Assembly (NCBI GenBank): GCA_965153355.1
Contig: OZ231126.1
Location: 30,380,001 to 30,444,000, forward strand
DNA: 64,000 bases
Direction: 5' to 3'
Origin: Flaccisagitta enflata
Taxonomy: Eukaryota
This document shows, piece after piece, positions 46,224 through 59,648 of this stretch. The position numbers and the translations under genes were made by a program. The notes beneath the pieces were generated by a model. That model made no database searches, was not told the origin of the DNA, and saw nothing but the letters and a program-made list of their open reading frames with translations. Every line of letters begins with the position of its first letter. Position 1 is the first letter of the stretch.

Positions 46224-49200
46224 ACAACAAGGCCGGATACACAGCTACCGAAGTGGCGTGAGGGTGGGCAGCACCGTGCATCAAAATCACCAACGAACCA
46301 CCCAACCCACCTATAACACCTTCACCGTGCATCAAAATCACCAACGACCAGGAAGTAAACCAACCAACCACCCAACCCACCCATAACACCATCATTGTGC
46401 ATCAAAATCACCAACGACCAGGAAGTAAACCGACCAACCACCCAACCCACCTATAACACCATCACTGTGCATCAAAATCACCAACAACCAGGAAGTAAAC
46501 CAACCACCCACCCAACCCACCCATAAAACCATAACCGTGCATCAAAATCACCAACGACCAGGAAGTAAACCAACCAACCATCAAACCCATCCATAACACC
46601 ATCACCTTGCATCAAAATCACCAATGACCAGGAAGTAAACCAACCAACCACCCAACCCACCCATAACACCATCACTGTGCATCTAATAACCAATGACCAG
46701 GAAGTAAACCAACCAACCACCCAACTCACCCATAACACCATCACCGTGCATCAAAATCACCAACGACCAGGAAGTAAACCAACCAACCACCCAACCCACC
46801 CATAACACTATCACCGTGCATCAAAATCACCAACGACCAGGAAGTAAACCAACCAACCACCCAACCCACCCATAGCACATTCACCGTGCATCAAAATCAC
46901 CAACGACCAGGAAGTAAACCAACCAACCACCCAACCCACCCATAATACCATCACCGTGCATCAAAATCACCAATGACCAGGAAGTAAACCAACCAACCAC
47001 CCAACCCACCCATAGCACCATCACCTTGCATCAAAATCACCAACGACCAGGAAGTAAACCAACCAACCACCCAACACACCCATAACACTATCACCGTGCA
47101 TCAAAATCACTAACGACAAGGAAGTAAACCAACCAACCACCCAACCCACCGATAACACCATCACCGTGCATCAAAATCACCAACAACCAGAAAGTAAACC
47201 AACCAACCAACCAACCAACCAACCCACCCATAAAACCATCACCATGCATCAAAATCACCAACAACCAGGAAGTAAACCAACCAACCACCCAACCCACCCA
47301 AAGCACCATCACCGTGCATCAAAATCACCAACGACCAGGAAGTAAACCAACCAACCACCCAACCCACCCATAACACCATCACCGTGCATCAAAATCACCA
47401 ATGACCAGAAAGTAAACCAACCAACCACCCAACCCACCCATAACCCCATCACCGTGCATCAAAATCACCAACGACCAGGAAGTAAACCAACCAACCATCC
47501 AACTAATCCATAACACCATCACCTTGCATCAAATTCACTAACGACCAGGAAGTAAACAAACCAACCACCCAACCCACCCATAACACCATCACTGTGCATC
47601 TAATCACCAATGACCAGGAAGTAAACCAACCAACCACCCAACCAACCACCCAACCCACCCATAACACTATCACCGTGCATCAAAATCACCAACGACCAGG
47701 AAGTAAACCAACCAACCACCCAACCCACCCATAACACCATCACCGTGCATCAAATTCACCAACGACCAGGAAGTAAACCAACCAACCAACCAACCCACCC
47801 ATAAAACCATCACTGTGAATCAAAATCACCAACAACCAGGAAGTAAACCAACCAACCACCCAACCCACCCATAGCACCATCACCGTGCGTCAAAATCATT
47901 AACGACGAGGAAGTGAACCAACTAACCACCCAACCCACCCATAACACCATCACTGTGCATCAAAATCACCAAGGACCAGGAAATAAACCAACCAACCACC
48001 AAACCCACCCATAACACCATCACCGTGCATCAAAATCACCAACGACCAGGAAGTAAACCAACCAACCAACCCACCCATAACACTATCACCGTGCATCAAA
48101 ATCACCAACGGCCAGAAAGTAAACCAACCAACCACCCAACCCACCCTTAGCACCATCACCGTGCATCAAAATCACCAACGACCAGGAAGTAAACCAACCA
48201 ACCACCCAACCCACCCATAACACCATCACCGTGCATCAAAATTACCAATGACCAGGAATCAAACCAACCAGCCACCCAACCCACCCATAACACCATCACC
48301 GTGCATCAAAATCACCAACGACCAGGAAGTAAACCAACCAACCATCCAACCCATCCATAACACTATCACCTTGCATCAAAATCACCAACGACCAGGAAGT
48401 AAACAAACCAACCACCCAACCCACCCATAACACCATCACCGTCCATCTAATCACCATTGACCAGGAAGTAAACCAACCAACCACCCAACTCACCCATGAC
48501 ACCATCACCGTGCATCAAAATCACCAACGACCAGGAAGTAAACCAACCAACCACCCAACCCACCCATAACACTATCACCGTGCATCAAAATCACCAACGA
48601 CCAGGAAGTAAACCAACCAACCACCCAACCCACCCATAACACCATCACCATGCATCAAAATCACCAACGACCAGAAAGTAAACCAACCAACCAACCCACC
48701 CATAACACCATCACTGTGCATCAAAATCACCAAGGACCAGGAAGTAAACCAACCAACCACCCAACCCACCCATAACACCATCACCGTGCATCAAAATCAC
48801 CAGCGACCAGGAAGTAAACCAACCAACCAACCTACCCATAACACCATCACCGTGCATCAAAATCACCAACGACCAGGAAGTAAACCAACCAACCACCCAT
48901 CCCACCCATAGCACCATCACCGTGCATCAAAATCACCAAGGACCAGGGAGTAAACCAACCAACCACCCAACCCACCCATAACACCATCACCGTGCATCAA
49001 AATCACCAACGACCAGAAAGTAAACCAACCAACCATCCAACCCACCCATAACACCATCACCGTGCATCAAAATCACCAACGACCAGGAAGTAAATCAACC
49101 AACCACCCAACCCCCCCATAGCACCATAACCCATAACCCATAACCCATTACCCATAACACCGGCAGGGGCAGTGATAAAAAAGGTTATCCCAAGCATTTT

Positions 49201-49283
49201 GGCAGGAGCAAAAATGCAAAAACCACCCATAACGCCAACCGACGGACATTGCGGGTTATAGAGTCGCGTGCACGCGACTAAAG
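46224..49283 (-). mobile_element. HINE subfamily B, split by a 70-bp array insertion
   Basis: AACAAGGCCGGATACACAGC end at ~46227; AGTCGCGTGCACGCGACTAAA end at 49262-49282. Confidence 0.75.
46272..49161. repeat. ~70-bp tandem array (~40 copies) starting with CACCGTG, flanked by 5-bp duplication GGCAG
   Basis: Unit CACCGTGCATCAAAATCACCAACGACCAGGAAGTAAACCAACCAACCACCCAACCCACCCATAACACCAT; GGCAG at 46267-46271 and 49162-49166. Confidence 0.95.
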
Positions 49284-50009
49284 ACTTCGCCGGATCCACT
49301 GACTTGAAACGCATTTGGAAAGTGTGCTGGGCTCCCATACATGTGGTTAGGCAGAGAAGATATCTGACATGAAAGTCGGACAAAATCGATAATAAACCCA
49401 AATCTTACTGAAGGATGAAAACCTTTAGCGTTCTCAATGGTGATTTATTCCGACCCATCACAACTAGTTCACAAGTATAGTAGTTACTCAACGACTAAAC
49501 CCTGCTGAGGAATATCATGAAATCGTTCAACAGAAAAATCACACCCATAGAATTTTTTTCTTGTATGTTTGTTCTAGATAATTAAGTTACAAGTGACAAG
49601 AAAAAAGCAACCGATTATTTTGTCCAATGTCCCTCACATTCAGAGAGTCAGCAACCGATTGACTGAGGGAAGGAAAGAATGATATGCACACGGAACGAGA
49701 AACGTATCAAGCGCATATTTTGAATTTTAGTGACCTAAAGCCCAAAAATCCCGTACACACAAAAGTGAAAAAAGGTCGAAAAAGAGAAAGAATATCTAAT
49801 CGGACGAAACTGTCTAACACTCGCAACTGCAAACGTTGTACGACTGTGCGTGAGGCTCGGAATCAGCTGATTTATTTCTTCTTTTTTTTGTTATTGAATT
49901 TTGTTTTCGAAATGCACTGATTGCACAATAGGAACAGGGTTTTTTGCGAGTGAATCAATTAATGAAATGACTTACAGCACAATACACGATCAAAAGAGTG
50001 TGTTGCGAG

Positions 50010-50128
50010 TGAATGAATGAATGAATGAATGAATGAATGAATGAATGAATGAATGAATGAATGAATGAATGAATGAATGAATGAATGAATGAATGAATGA
50101 ATGAATGAATGAATAAATGAATGAATGA
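50010..50128. repeat. (GAAT)n microsatellite
   Basis: Direct reading. Confidence 0.95.
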
Positions 50129-50479
50129 CTTTATACACAATCGAAGGGATGTTTTGCGGGTGATGACAATAAATATTATTCCTATTCCTTATTTCTATAG
50201 AAATAAGGATAAAGACAGAAGCATGTCAAAATAAGAATTCATAAAAGAATAAAGAGAGTATTAAAGATTTAGTGGGGACATAGCAAGAAGGTCAATCGGT
50301 GAGGAGGGCTCAGTTTAACCATGAAAGGGGAAAACATGGGAGCGAGACAGATGTTGGATAAGAAGGAGAAGAGAGAGGAGGAGGGGAAGAATGTGGAGGG
50401 CGAGAGGGAAGATGAAGGGAGTAAGGAGGGAAGGTCAGAGGTCAACCCAAAAGAAGCTTTCAACAAAATACAGAGATAA

Positions 50480-51215
50480 GCGGCTCAAAAGAAAGAAAGA
50501 AAAAACGGAGGATGATGGACAGAAAAGTTGAGGATGAAAAATGAAGATGAAGGATAGAGAGATCATGGACAACAGACGTACAGATATACGGATTGAAGTC
50601 CAGGGATGGACGAGTGAAGATAAGGGATAGAGGGATAATGGACATAGGTCAATGAAAGAGGATAGGACATTGGACATAGGACATTGGACAAGGATATTGA
50701 GATAATGGCCATCAGACATACGCATGTACAGATTGAAGTCTAGGGATTGATGGGTGAAGATGAAGGATAGAGAGATAATGGACATAGGTCAAGGAAAGAG
50801 GATAGGACATAGGACATAGGACAAGGATAGTGAGATAATGGACATCAGACGTACGCATGTACAGATTGAAGTCTAGGGGTTGACGAGTGAAGATAAAGGA
50901 TAGAGGGATAATGGACATAGGTCAAGGTAAGAGGACAGGATATAGGACATAGGATATAGGACAAGAATAGAGAGATCATGGACATCAGGCGTACAGATGT
51001 TCGGATTGAAGTCAAGGGGTTGAAAAATGAAGATGAAGGATAGAGGGATAACGGACATAGGAAAAGGATTGTCGACAGGATATAGGACATAGGACATAGG
51101 ACAAGGATAGAGAGATCATGGACTACAGACGTACGCATCTACAGATGAAGTCCAGATTCCAGAGGTTGAAGAATGAAGATGCAGGAGAGGAAGATAATGG
51201 ACATGAGACGTATAC
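50480..51215. repeat. Degenerate ~130-145-bp tandem repeat with GGACATA subrepeats
   Basis: About 5 copies of GAGAT(C/A)ATGGAC..CAGACGTAC..GATTGAAGTC..GAAGATGAAGGATAGAG. Confidence 0.75.
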
Positions 51216-51318
51216 ATAAACGAATTGAAGTTGTCTTTGGCAAATAGAGATGAAAGGTGGAATGATATTTGACCATACATACCATACATGACATACATGA
51301 CATACATGACCATACATA

Positions 51319-51860
51319 CACCGTCTTCGGATCGAAATGTAAAATGCAAAACCTTTATAGCTCCTAAACCACTAGGAAAAAATTTATGAAATTTTCAGTG
51401 AATATTAATGATATGTGACGGTTTTTGCATGTCAGATCATAGTATAGAATAGGTGAGGGGAAAACAAGACATTAAAAGAAAATCCATTTTTTAAGCAAAA
51501 TTGATTTTTTTGCCTGTTTTTTTTTTTTTTTTTAGAAGGTGCTTTTTTTTTTCACAAAATTTGCAGCAAACGGATAAAAGATAAGTTAACATCTGTCATC
51601 AAAAATAAATCCTTGTTGAAATACTAAGCAGATAAAGACAACTCCTTCTTAAGGAAATGGGGAAAAATTGATCTAAATTAAAAAATGGGTTTTCTTTCAA
51701 TGTTTTTTTGCCCTCACCTTTTTTATGTACTATGATCTGAGCTTTGACATACAAAAACCGTCATATGCTACCATCAATCACTGAAAATTTCATGATTTTT
51801 TTCCTGGTAATTTAGGAGCTATAAAGGTTTTGCATTTTACAGTCCAATCCGAAGGCGGTA
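51319..51860. mobile_element. Tc1/mariner-type foldback MITE
   Basis: Arms YACCGYCTTCGGAT..TGTAAAATGCAAAACCTTTATAGCTCCTAAA.. are inverted over most of the length; TA TSD. Confidence 0.85.
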
Positions 51861-52707
51861 TACAAAGCAGAGGTTTTGGTGAGTGTTTGGATCAAAGAAT
51901 GGAAATGACATCAGCTTTACTCATAGACTGATTGATGTCGGGGTTGGGGAATAAAGGATGAAGAAGAGAAGGATCATGGACATCAGAACCGCGGACAAAT
52001 TGAAGAACGGAATAAAGACTGAAAACGAAGTGTTAAAAAAAATGATGGACTAAAGACAAAAGGACGGATTGATAAAAGTAGGAATGAAGAATGAAAACGA
52101 CGATGACGAGGAATGAATGAATGAGGTTGAGGAGGAAGATAAAGATGACGTCGTGAATGAGGAAAATGAGGAAAATGAAGAAAATGATGACGTCAACAAA
52201 CATGAAAAAAGTCGAGAATGAGAACAAGGACGTGAATAAGGCGGAGGCGAAGGAGGTCAGGGACAACTATGAAGTTGAGGAATATACAGGTGAAGGATGA
52301 GGAAATTGTTGAGGACCTAAAAAATTCAAAATTCCTAGTAAATCATGTCCATCTGAAAACGATTGAAAAAAATAGATTCCTGACGTCAAAAATGACGACT
52401 TTTTTGTGAGAGAAAAAAAAAGTTCCGAAAAACATGAATGGCTGAATGGGCGTCTTAGGGCGTAAACCTTTTTAAGAAGTAAAGCCGCGTTATTGTGAAG
52501 ATTTTAGGGGTGGGGCAAATATCAAAATCCTTTTAGAAACACGTATGAAAGGGGAGGGGGTTTGAGGAAGGGGTGAGGGGGAAATATAAAAACCCTTTCA
52601 GAAACACGTATGAAGAGCTACTAAAACCATTTCAGGAGGCAGCTTGTCATATCTTTTTTTACTTTAAACAAAAAATGGAGAAAAAAAATCTCTACTGAAT
52701 GCTCGCC

Positions 52708-52858
52708 TTTTTAGTCGCGTGCACGCGACTCTACAACCAGCTTTGTCCGTCGGTCGGTCGTCGGTTGTCGGTCACGTTTCTTTCTCATCTTTATTTTTGG
52801 CACTGCTCCACCCATATTATTATACAACAACTTTGTATGGCCCCTGCCCACTCCACAT

Positions 52859-52860
<2 letters not shown>
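52708..52860 (+). mobile_element. HINE subfamily B (partial)
   Basis: TTTTTAGTCGCGTGCACGCGACTCT, (GTCG)n, GCCCCTGCCCAC. Confidence 0.65.
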
Positions 52861-52896
<36 letters not shown>

Positions 52897-52901
52897 TCTC
52901 T

Positions 52902-52970
<69 letters not shown>

Positions 52971-53154
52971 TCTTTCTTTTTTCGTCTTTTTTTTGCCATC
53001 CCACGCATTGATAGAAGAAAATATCCCACTCGTCTCATTTGGATTATTCAAACAGGAATTTCAAAATCTTACTTTTTTTCTTACTTAGAAAAAATTCTTT
53101 TATTTTTCCAATATTTTCCCGTTTTTTTAATTGTCTCCGACTTTTTTTTTTATT

Positions 53155-53295
53155 GAATTATCATTGATGATGTCATTGATGATATCATTGATGATGTCAT
53201 TGATGATGTCTTTGATGTCATTGATGATGTCATTGATGATGTCATTGATGATGTCATTGATGATGTCATTGATGTCATTGATGTCATTGATGATT
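53155..53295. repeat. 12-bp repeat (TCATTGATGATG)n
   Basis: Direct reading. Confidence 0.9.
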
Positions 53296-53317
53296 GATCT
53301 CGTAAGTTCCACTATGT

Positions 53318-53566
53318 GGGCGTGTTTTTAGTAAAGACAAAAAACGCGCTTGTTCCCATTGAATGTGTTTACAGCATAAACACATTTTCTTAAATTCAAT
53401 TGTCCCTCGAGGGAGTGGGCGAAGTGAGTGAGCGAGCCCAGGAATGGAGCAAGCAAGGCAGAGCACTACAGAGCGAGTGAGCGGTGTGAGCAGGGCGAGC
53501 AAACGAACGTAGCGAGTGACCAAGTGGACCGTTAAAACGCGATTGTCTGTGACTTGAAACGCGCCC
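53318..53566. mobile_element. PIF/Harbinger-like MITE
   Basis: TIR GGGCGYGTTT; 3-bp TSD TGT; internal GAGCGAGT repeats. Confidence 0.6.
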
Positions 53567-53959
53567 TGTGCCTATCTGTTGATAGGCAACAGTAAATCAT
53601 TTCTTTTTTGTCAGCTCTAACCACAGTAGGGCACAATCAGTAAGTTGTCGCTGGCGGGTGGCCAGGGGCAGAAATGTGGTGGGCAGGGGCGGTACGTGAG
53701 TAGGCGGGGTTGTTATGTGGCTGAGCAGGGGTCGTAATGCTCTGATATCATTATTTCGGCCGAATTAGCGTCATCCAAAATTTTGCGTTACCAACAGACC
53801 TTCATACGGACTCAGCCTTTTATAGAGTCGCTTAGAAAAAAATGGATTCATGGATAGCTAATGACGGAATTGCGACACGAACGATGATAAATGCACAGAA
53901 CTACTCCAGTTCACTGCTATTAATAACTCACAAACTGAGTAACCGATGGAAAAATCTGG

Positions 53960-54135
53960 ACTCTACAACGCGCTATGTCGCGTCGGTTTGGTGGTCAATC
54001 TGCGACACTTAGTCTTTTCGGCTTTTATGGGCGTTTTTTTCCATTACTGCTCCTGTCCAAATACTTGGTCAGCCTTTTTTTCACTGCCCTGCTCACTTGC
54101 ACGCGACTTCGGTAGCCGTGTATTCGGCCTTGTTT
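53960..54135 (+). mobile_element. HINE subfamily B (5' decayed)
   Basis: Ends GCACGCGACTTCGGTAGCCGTGTATTCGGCCTTGTT. Confidence 0.65.
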
Positions 54136-54716
54136 AGTTAGCGAGATGCCACCCACAACCTGTGGGAAAACCAACCTATGCTATTTTCATCTTTGTAAGT
54201 GGAATCTGTATCGTTTGGTCGTGTTTGAATGTGAGCTTTGTTAGTGTTGGCCCCGTGTTGGTTTGTGTTGTGAGCATTGTTAGCGTTGGCCTTGGTCCGG
54301 ACTGATCTGATTTCGTATCCATTCCGCTTACGTAAACGCATAAAGGCTTCACCTTGCCAAAAAATATCGAGTGCCCCACAAAATTCCCGCAATACAATTT
54401 TCCCAGAAAAAGGCCCAATCGGGCAACGATGCGCCCTTTTCTCGGCTCCGTGGAAAGAAAATCTCATGGTGAAAATGCGCCACTGATGTTACAATGAATT
54501 TGTTATGTATATTGAATATTGCAATGCATATTGCAAATATTATGATCAACTTCCAATCGCACATCTTGTTATCAAGGTCTGTTTCTATTTTCAAAGCAAT
54601 TATTTTTCTGTACAGTAACCCACCCCACGCAATAATCTGTACTCAACAAGAGAGATTCTGTTTCCTTTTGCTCATCCATGTTCCAATCCCTTATGCAATC
54701 TCCTTCCTCAGTTGCT

Positions 54717-54972
54717 TTTTAGGTGCGCCATAGCACCTCTATATGAGGCTCTGTCGGTCTGTCGGTCGGTCTGTCTGTCACGCTCGAGTTGAAGATTTCT
54801 AAAAGAAGCAAAAATCACTGGGAACGATTCAGAAATAAGCTAGTGTGACTTTTAGATCCGTCATAGCACCTCTCGGGATAGCACCGCTCGGGATAGGTCT
54901 GATAGAGCTAGGGATAGGACTACGAATAATAACGCCCGGCGCACCGTCTTGACCCGTGTATCCGGCCTTGTT
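54717..54972 (+). mobile_element. HINE, AGGTGCGCCATAGCACCT subfamily
   Basis: Homologous to 59649-60241 but with fewer 21-bp units. Confidence 0.7.
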
Positions 54973-55203
54973 ATAAACAGAACCCCCCCTCATCTCTCGT
55001 TTTGATAGTTAGACTATATATATAGATCTACTTGAAGTGAATGAAGTGAGGAATGAGAATCTTTGGTCAGCGATACCGTTGCTCCGCCCTGTGAATGTGA
55101 GTTAGAAGAAGCAAGGCAGGCAAACTTGAAAAAGCTGGTTTGAGGCGTGAAAGGGGATTATTTTGGAGCTGATTAAAGGCATTGGAGGCATGATTTGAAG
55201 GCT

Positions 55204-55882
55204 AACTAGTCATCCAAGGATCGCACATGGTCAGCGGTACCCGATGCCCTGCTTGGAGTGATCAGGTGAAGTAGTGAAGTGAGAGCAGGGCAGCGGCCCC
55301 AAAGGGCCGATGTCCAGTAGGCCACAGGGGGGAATTTCCAGACGTCCTGAGGGGTAATGAATGAGGCCCAAGAGGTAATTGAAGCGGGATTTGAGGTCTG
55401 GGGGAAAGATTTAAGGCCTGAAGATTAGATTTGAGGCCTGGGGGCAGGCCTGAGGCCTGAGGGGCAGATTTGAGGCCTGGAACACAGATTTGAGGTCTGG
55501 AGAGCTGATTTGAGGCCTGGAACACAGATTTGAGGCCTGTAGAGCTGATTTGAGGCCTGGGGCAGATTTGAGGCCTGGAACACAGATTTGAGGCCTGGAG
55601 AGCTGATTTGAGGCCTTGAGAGCTGATTTGAGTCCTGAAGAGATGGTTTGAGGCCTGGAGAGCTGATTTGAGGCCTGGAGAGCTGATTTTAGGGCTTAGA
55701 GGGCCTAAATCAGGCCTGAGAGGATTTGAGGCCTCAACCGCCAACAAGGGGGGGGACGGACGGACAGACGGACGGACGGACGGAAGGACAGACGGAAGGA
55801 CAGACGGAAGGACGGACGGACGTCTGGAAATTCCCCCCTGTGTCCTACAGGACATCGGCCCTTTGGGGCCGCTGCCCAAAAA
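55204..55882 (-). mobile_element. Complete HINE subfamily A with a 20-bp minisatellite between long inverted repeats
   Basis: ~58-bp inverted repeat (55288-55346 and 55820-55877), (GACG)n, (AGGCCTGGAGAGCTGATTTG)n; 3' tail shared with 1-627 and 44517-44556. Confidence 0.75.
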
Positions 55883-56123
55883 CTGCTGATTAGATGCTAA
55901 GGCCCAGTGGCAAATGTAAGGTTTGAAAGGGCCCCTGAAGGGATAGGGGGGGGGAACTGTTGAACAAATGACAGTTCCTCTGTGTTCTACAGGACTACGC
56001 TCCCTCACAGACCGCTACCCCCCCCCCCCCCAAAAAAAAAGAATCAATGTAAAAGGTATTGACCTTTATTCTGCACAATCCCGATTAAGACAGTCACGTT
56101 CCTATGAAGTCTTTCAAAAACGT

Positions 56124-56260
<137 letters not shown>

Positions 56261-56402
56261 GAAGATGGGTGAGACAGAGATAGAGACATAGAGAGTAGAA
56301 GTCACGTCTTTTCAAAGTCTTTGATATTCCGGCATGGATTTGAATGATTCTAATTCCGTCACGGAAACAGAATCCCGCTGAAATCTTCAGGCGAAATATC
56401 AT

Positions 56403-57190
56403 AAAACAAGGCCAAGAGATGTCCAATAGATGCGTCCTCTTTAGATGTAGGATATTATTATATAGATTATTAAGATACTATCTTCACAAAAAAAATCTTT
56501 CCACCTGAAAACTACCACCAGCTTTGGAAGAGAGCTGCTCTTAAACGGATAATGCTATAACAACCAGATTGGTCCCATTTGAAAGATTTGTTTAAACTCA
56601 TCAATATGAAACCAATCTGTGGTCAGTAGCTTTGTTAGTTAAGGAGCAGCACATTTTCAAAGTTGATGCTTGTTTTGAGGTGGAAAGATTTTATTTGTGA
56701 AGATAGTATAAAGATATGAAGATATGATGATATAAAAATATAAAGATGCAGAGATAAAGAGAAAATATAAACTGATTCCTCTCTCAACCCCCCTACGCCT
56801 CCCCATCCCTCCCCCACGCCTCCCCACCCCTCCCCCCCACGAGACATAAGAGACATATAGGAGACAAAAGAGACAAAAGAGACAAAAGAGACATAAGAGA
56901 CATAAGAGACCTAAGATACATAAGAGAAGTAAGAGCCATAAGAGATATAAGAGACATATAGGAGACATAAGAGACATGTAGGAGACAAAAGGGACAAAAG
57001 AGACAAAAGAGACGAAAGAGATGAAAGAGACATAAGAAATATAAGAGACATGAAGAGACATGAAGAGAAATGAAGAGAAATCGTGTTTTGAGATTTTTGC
57101 GTGACGGACAGACATTCAGACATTCAGACATTTGGACATTCAGACCAAGGGACACACCCTCTTATCGAGATGCAAGGACGCATCTAAAAA
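56403..57190 (-). mobile_element. HINE carrying a 9-bp (AGACATAAG)n minisatellite
   Basis: AACAAGGCC end, sub-TIR AGATGCGTCCT, terminal AGATGCAAGGACGCATCTAAAA. Confidence 0.65.
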
Positions 57191-57225
57191 AAGAAAAAAA
57201 AATGTTATCTTTTGACTCGCACGTA

Positions 57226-57664
57226 CAGTACCATAGGAGCAATGAGATCTTCAGATGGAGGGTCATTTCCTGCTTCACTATTCCAATGAAGTAGCTTCAA
57301 TTATGGTTTTTCTGAAAGCTGATGAGCAAGAGTTTTGAGTGAATATAGTTCTATTCCTCTAGCTCTAACTGTTGACCAAAAAGAAAAAAAGTGCAGCACC
57401 ACTCAAGATTTTAACCTGTGACACTGGAGAGAGAGAAATTTACTTTCTCAAGTTCATCACTCTATCAACAGAGCTATAGCGCCACATGCAATTTTGAGAT
57501 ATCAATTGGCGGTTTTGTTACAAATCACTTGGTTTGGAATTTTGTGTTCACTCAATACCTTGGACCATCAGCTTTCAGAAAAACCAAAGCTTTAGGTTCT
57601 TCCTTTAAACAGTGAGAATATAGAGGGCCCTCTTTCTACTGCTCTTATTGCTCCCATCGTACTG
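57226..57664. mobile_element. Tc1/mariner-type MITE (diverged)
   Basis: Left CAGTACCATAGGAGCAATGAG versus right (reverse complement) CAGTACGATGGGAGCAATAAG; flanks TA and CA. Confidence 0.65.
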
Positions 57665-57779
57665 CACGCTAATCTAAAAGTCGCTTTGTCTGTTCATCGC
57701 TCCATCCAACTGACCGTATTATTTCGCTTTTTTTTTTGAATTTAGGAATACTGTGAGCAATGCTCACTGAGCATCATTC

Positions 57780-58933
57780 AGTCGCGGAGACGCAACTCTA
57801 AAAGCTACTTTGTCCGTTTGTCGGTCCGTCGATCCATTAGTCCGTCGGTTAATGATGCGTGAGTTGATGAGTGAAAAAAAACCGACGTTTCCGTCCCTGT
57901 CCCTAGCCCTAGGATGGACAAAAGAATCATGGATGAAGTAAAACAAGGCCGGATCCACGGCTACTATAGTTGCGCACGGATGCAGGAGCCGTATTTGAGG
58001 TCACTAGAGCATTTAGGCAGGGGCAGTGAGATCAAAGAATAAAAAACATAAAAAAAAAAATGAAATGTGACGGATGGATGTATGGACAGATGGACAGACG
58101 GACAGACGGATGGACGAATGGACGGACAAAGATGGGCGTAGAGTCGCGTAGCACGAAAACTATCCAATAGATTTCATAGAATGGGTGATCCGGCAAAATG
58201 ATCAGAAGCCACCAAATTAAATGGCAGTCGGTTTAAATTGATAGGCGAAATAAAAGTGGTTGTAAAAGAGTTTGACTTGACGATGTTTCCAATTGATTAA
58301 TCATGATTTTTTTCTAAGTGAACGTTGTTTTTATTTTGCTACTTAGAAATAGCGGTTCTGTGAGATTTAGGGTATCAAAATGGGTCAAAATAGAAAAGAT
58401 ACATGAATGAAAATAGAAAAACAAGTGAATAAAAATGATTAAGATATGTTATACATGAAATTTGAAAGCAAAATGTGCATTACGCTTAGAAGCCATGGAC
58501 CAAAGTCAAAGCACCACACATCGCAGTATGCTAGAATGTGTATATGCGTGGCAGAGGCCCAGGGAAAAAATTTCATAAGCAACAGAGACCTCAAACCATC
58601 GGCAGCGAGCATATTTAAGATAAAAATTAAATTGAATACTAACTTGTTTACATTCAATTGACTCTTTTTGCATTTTTTTATCTTTTAATTATTCTTCACG
58701 TTTCAGCTAAGTATTTTTAGACGTGTGCTACTCGACTCTTTACCCTGCTTTGTCCGTCGGTTGGTCAGTTGGTAGGTTGGTCGGTCGGTTGGTTGTTTGG
58801 TGCCCTTATAACTTTTTCAGCATTATTTAGCATTTTGAGCTAACTGCTCCTGCCCAAATGCCCCAGTAACCTTATCTATCAATGCCCCTGCCCACCTGCA
58901 CGCAACTAGGGTAGCCGTGTGTCCGGCCTTGTT
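57780..58933. mobile_element. Cluster of HINEs (57780-57940 +, 57940-58160 -, 58715-58933 +)
   Basis: The latter two show AACAAGGCC/GGCCTTGTT ends; all have GACG/GTCG microsatellites and AGTCGCG-type hairpin ends. Confidence 0.6.
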
Positions 58934-59417
58934 ACGTCTTTAATTGCACCAACATAAGAGGCTCTGTCGGTGCATCCGTCTGTTTGACCTTTGGTTTGTT
59001 AAGCTCAAGTGAAAAAATCAATAAAATTGACCAAAATCACTTGAAATTTCTCATGCAGGAAATTCAAATCATTCTTCATCTCATCTCATTCATTCATTCA
59101 TTCATTCATTCATTCATTCATTCATTCATTCATTCATTCATTCATTTTTTCATTCTTCATTCATTTGACAACATTCATCATTCATTGCATTCATACATTC
59201 ATCATGCTGATTGATTCATAACATTCACACTTATTCATTATTAATTCATTATTCATAAATTCTCATTCATTGTTGATTGATTCATGCATTCATTCCATGT
59301 GTACTCCATCAATGCAGTTTTCCACTGACATGTGATACACTGTTTGATCAACATTTTCTCTCTCGAAAAACATAACTTACTTTCCCGATCCTCCTTCAAT
59401 CATTTTATTCCTCGTCC

Positions 59418-59588
59418 TTGTTTTGCGTGGTGGTTGGGTATATAAAGCCACTACTATGCCAAAACCACCCATAGTGTTGGTGATTTAGGCGTTTGGGTGG
59501 TTTTTGGGGAGTCTGTGATGGTGATTTGGGGGTTTTGGGTGGTGGTTGGCTATGTAATGTCTCTAGTATGCCAAAACCACCCATAGTG
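59418..59588. mobile_element. Orphan Transib-like terminus, duplicated (112-bp period)
   Basis: TATGCCAAAACCACCCATAGTG (reverse complement CACTATGGG...) ends at 59476 and 59588. No partner end found. Confidence 0.45.
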
Positions 59589-59648
59589 CGGACTGAACGA
59601 CAGACAGCGACTAAAAAGTAACGACTGCATTTGGCCGTTCACAGATCA

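Noticed and set aside
46272-49161. Hydrophobic, Trp-rich ORFs (MMVLWVGWVVGW...)
   Set aside because: Translation of a 70-bp tandem repeat with shifting frames.
54138-54467. Candidate minus-strand exon
   Set aside because: Open in two frames with no recognisable product or clear splice pair; cannot be supported.
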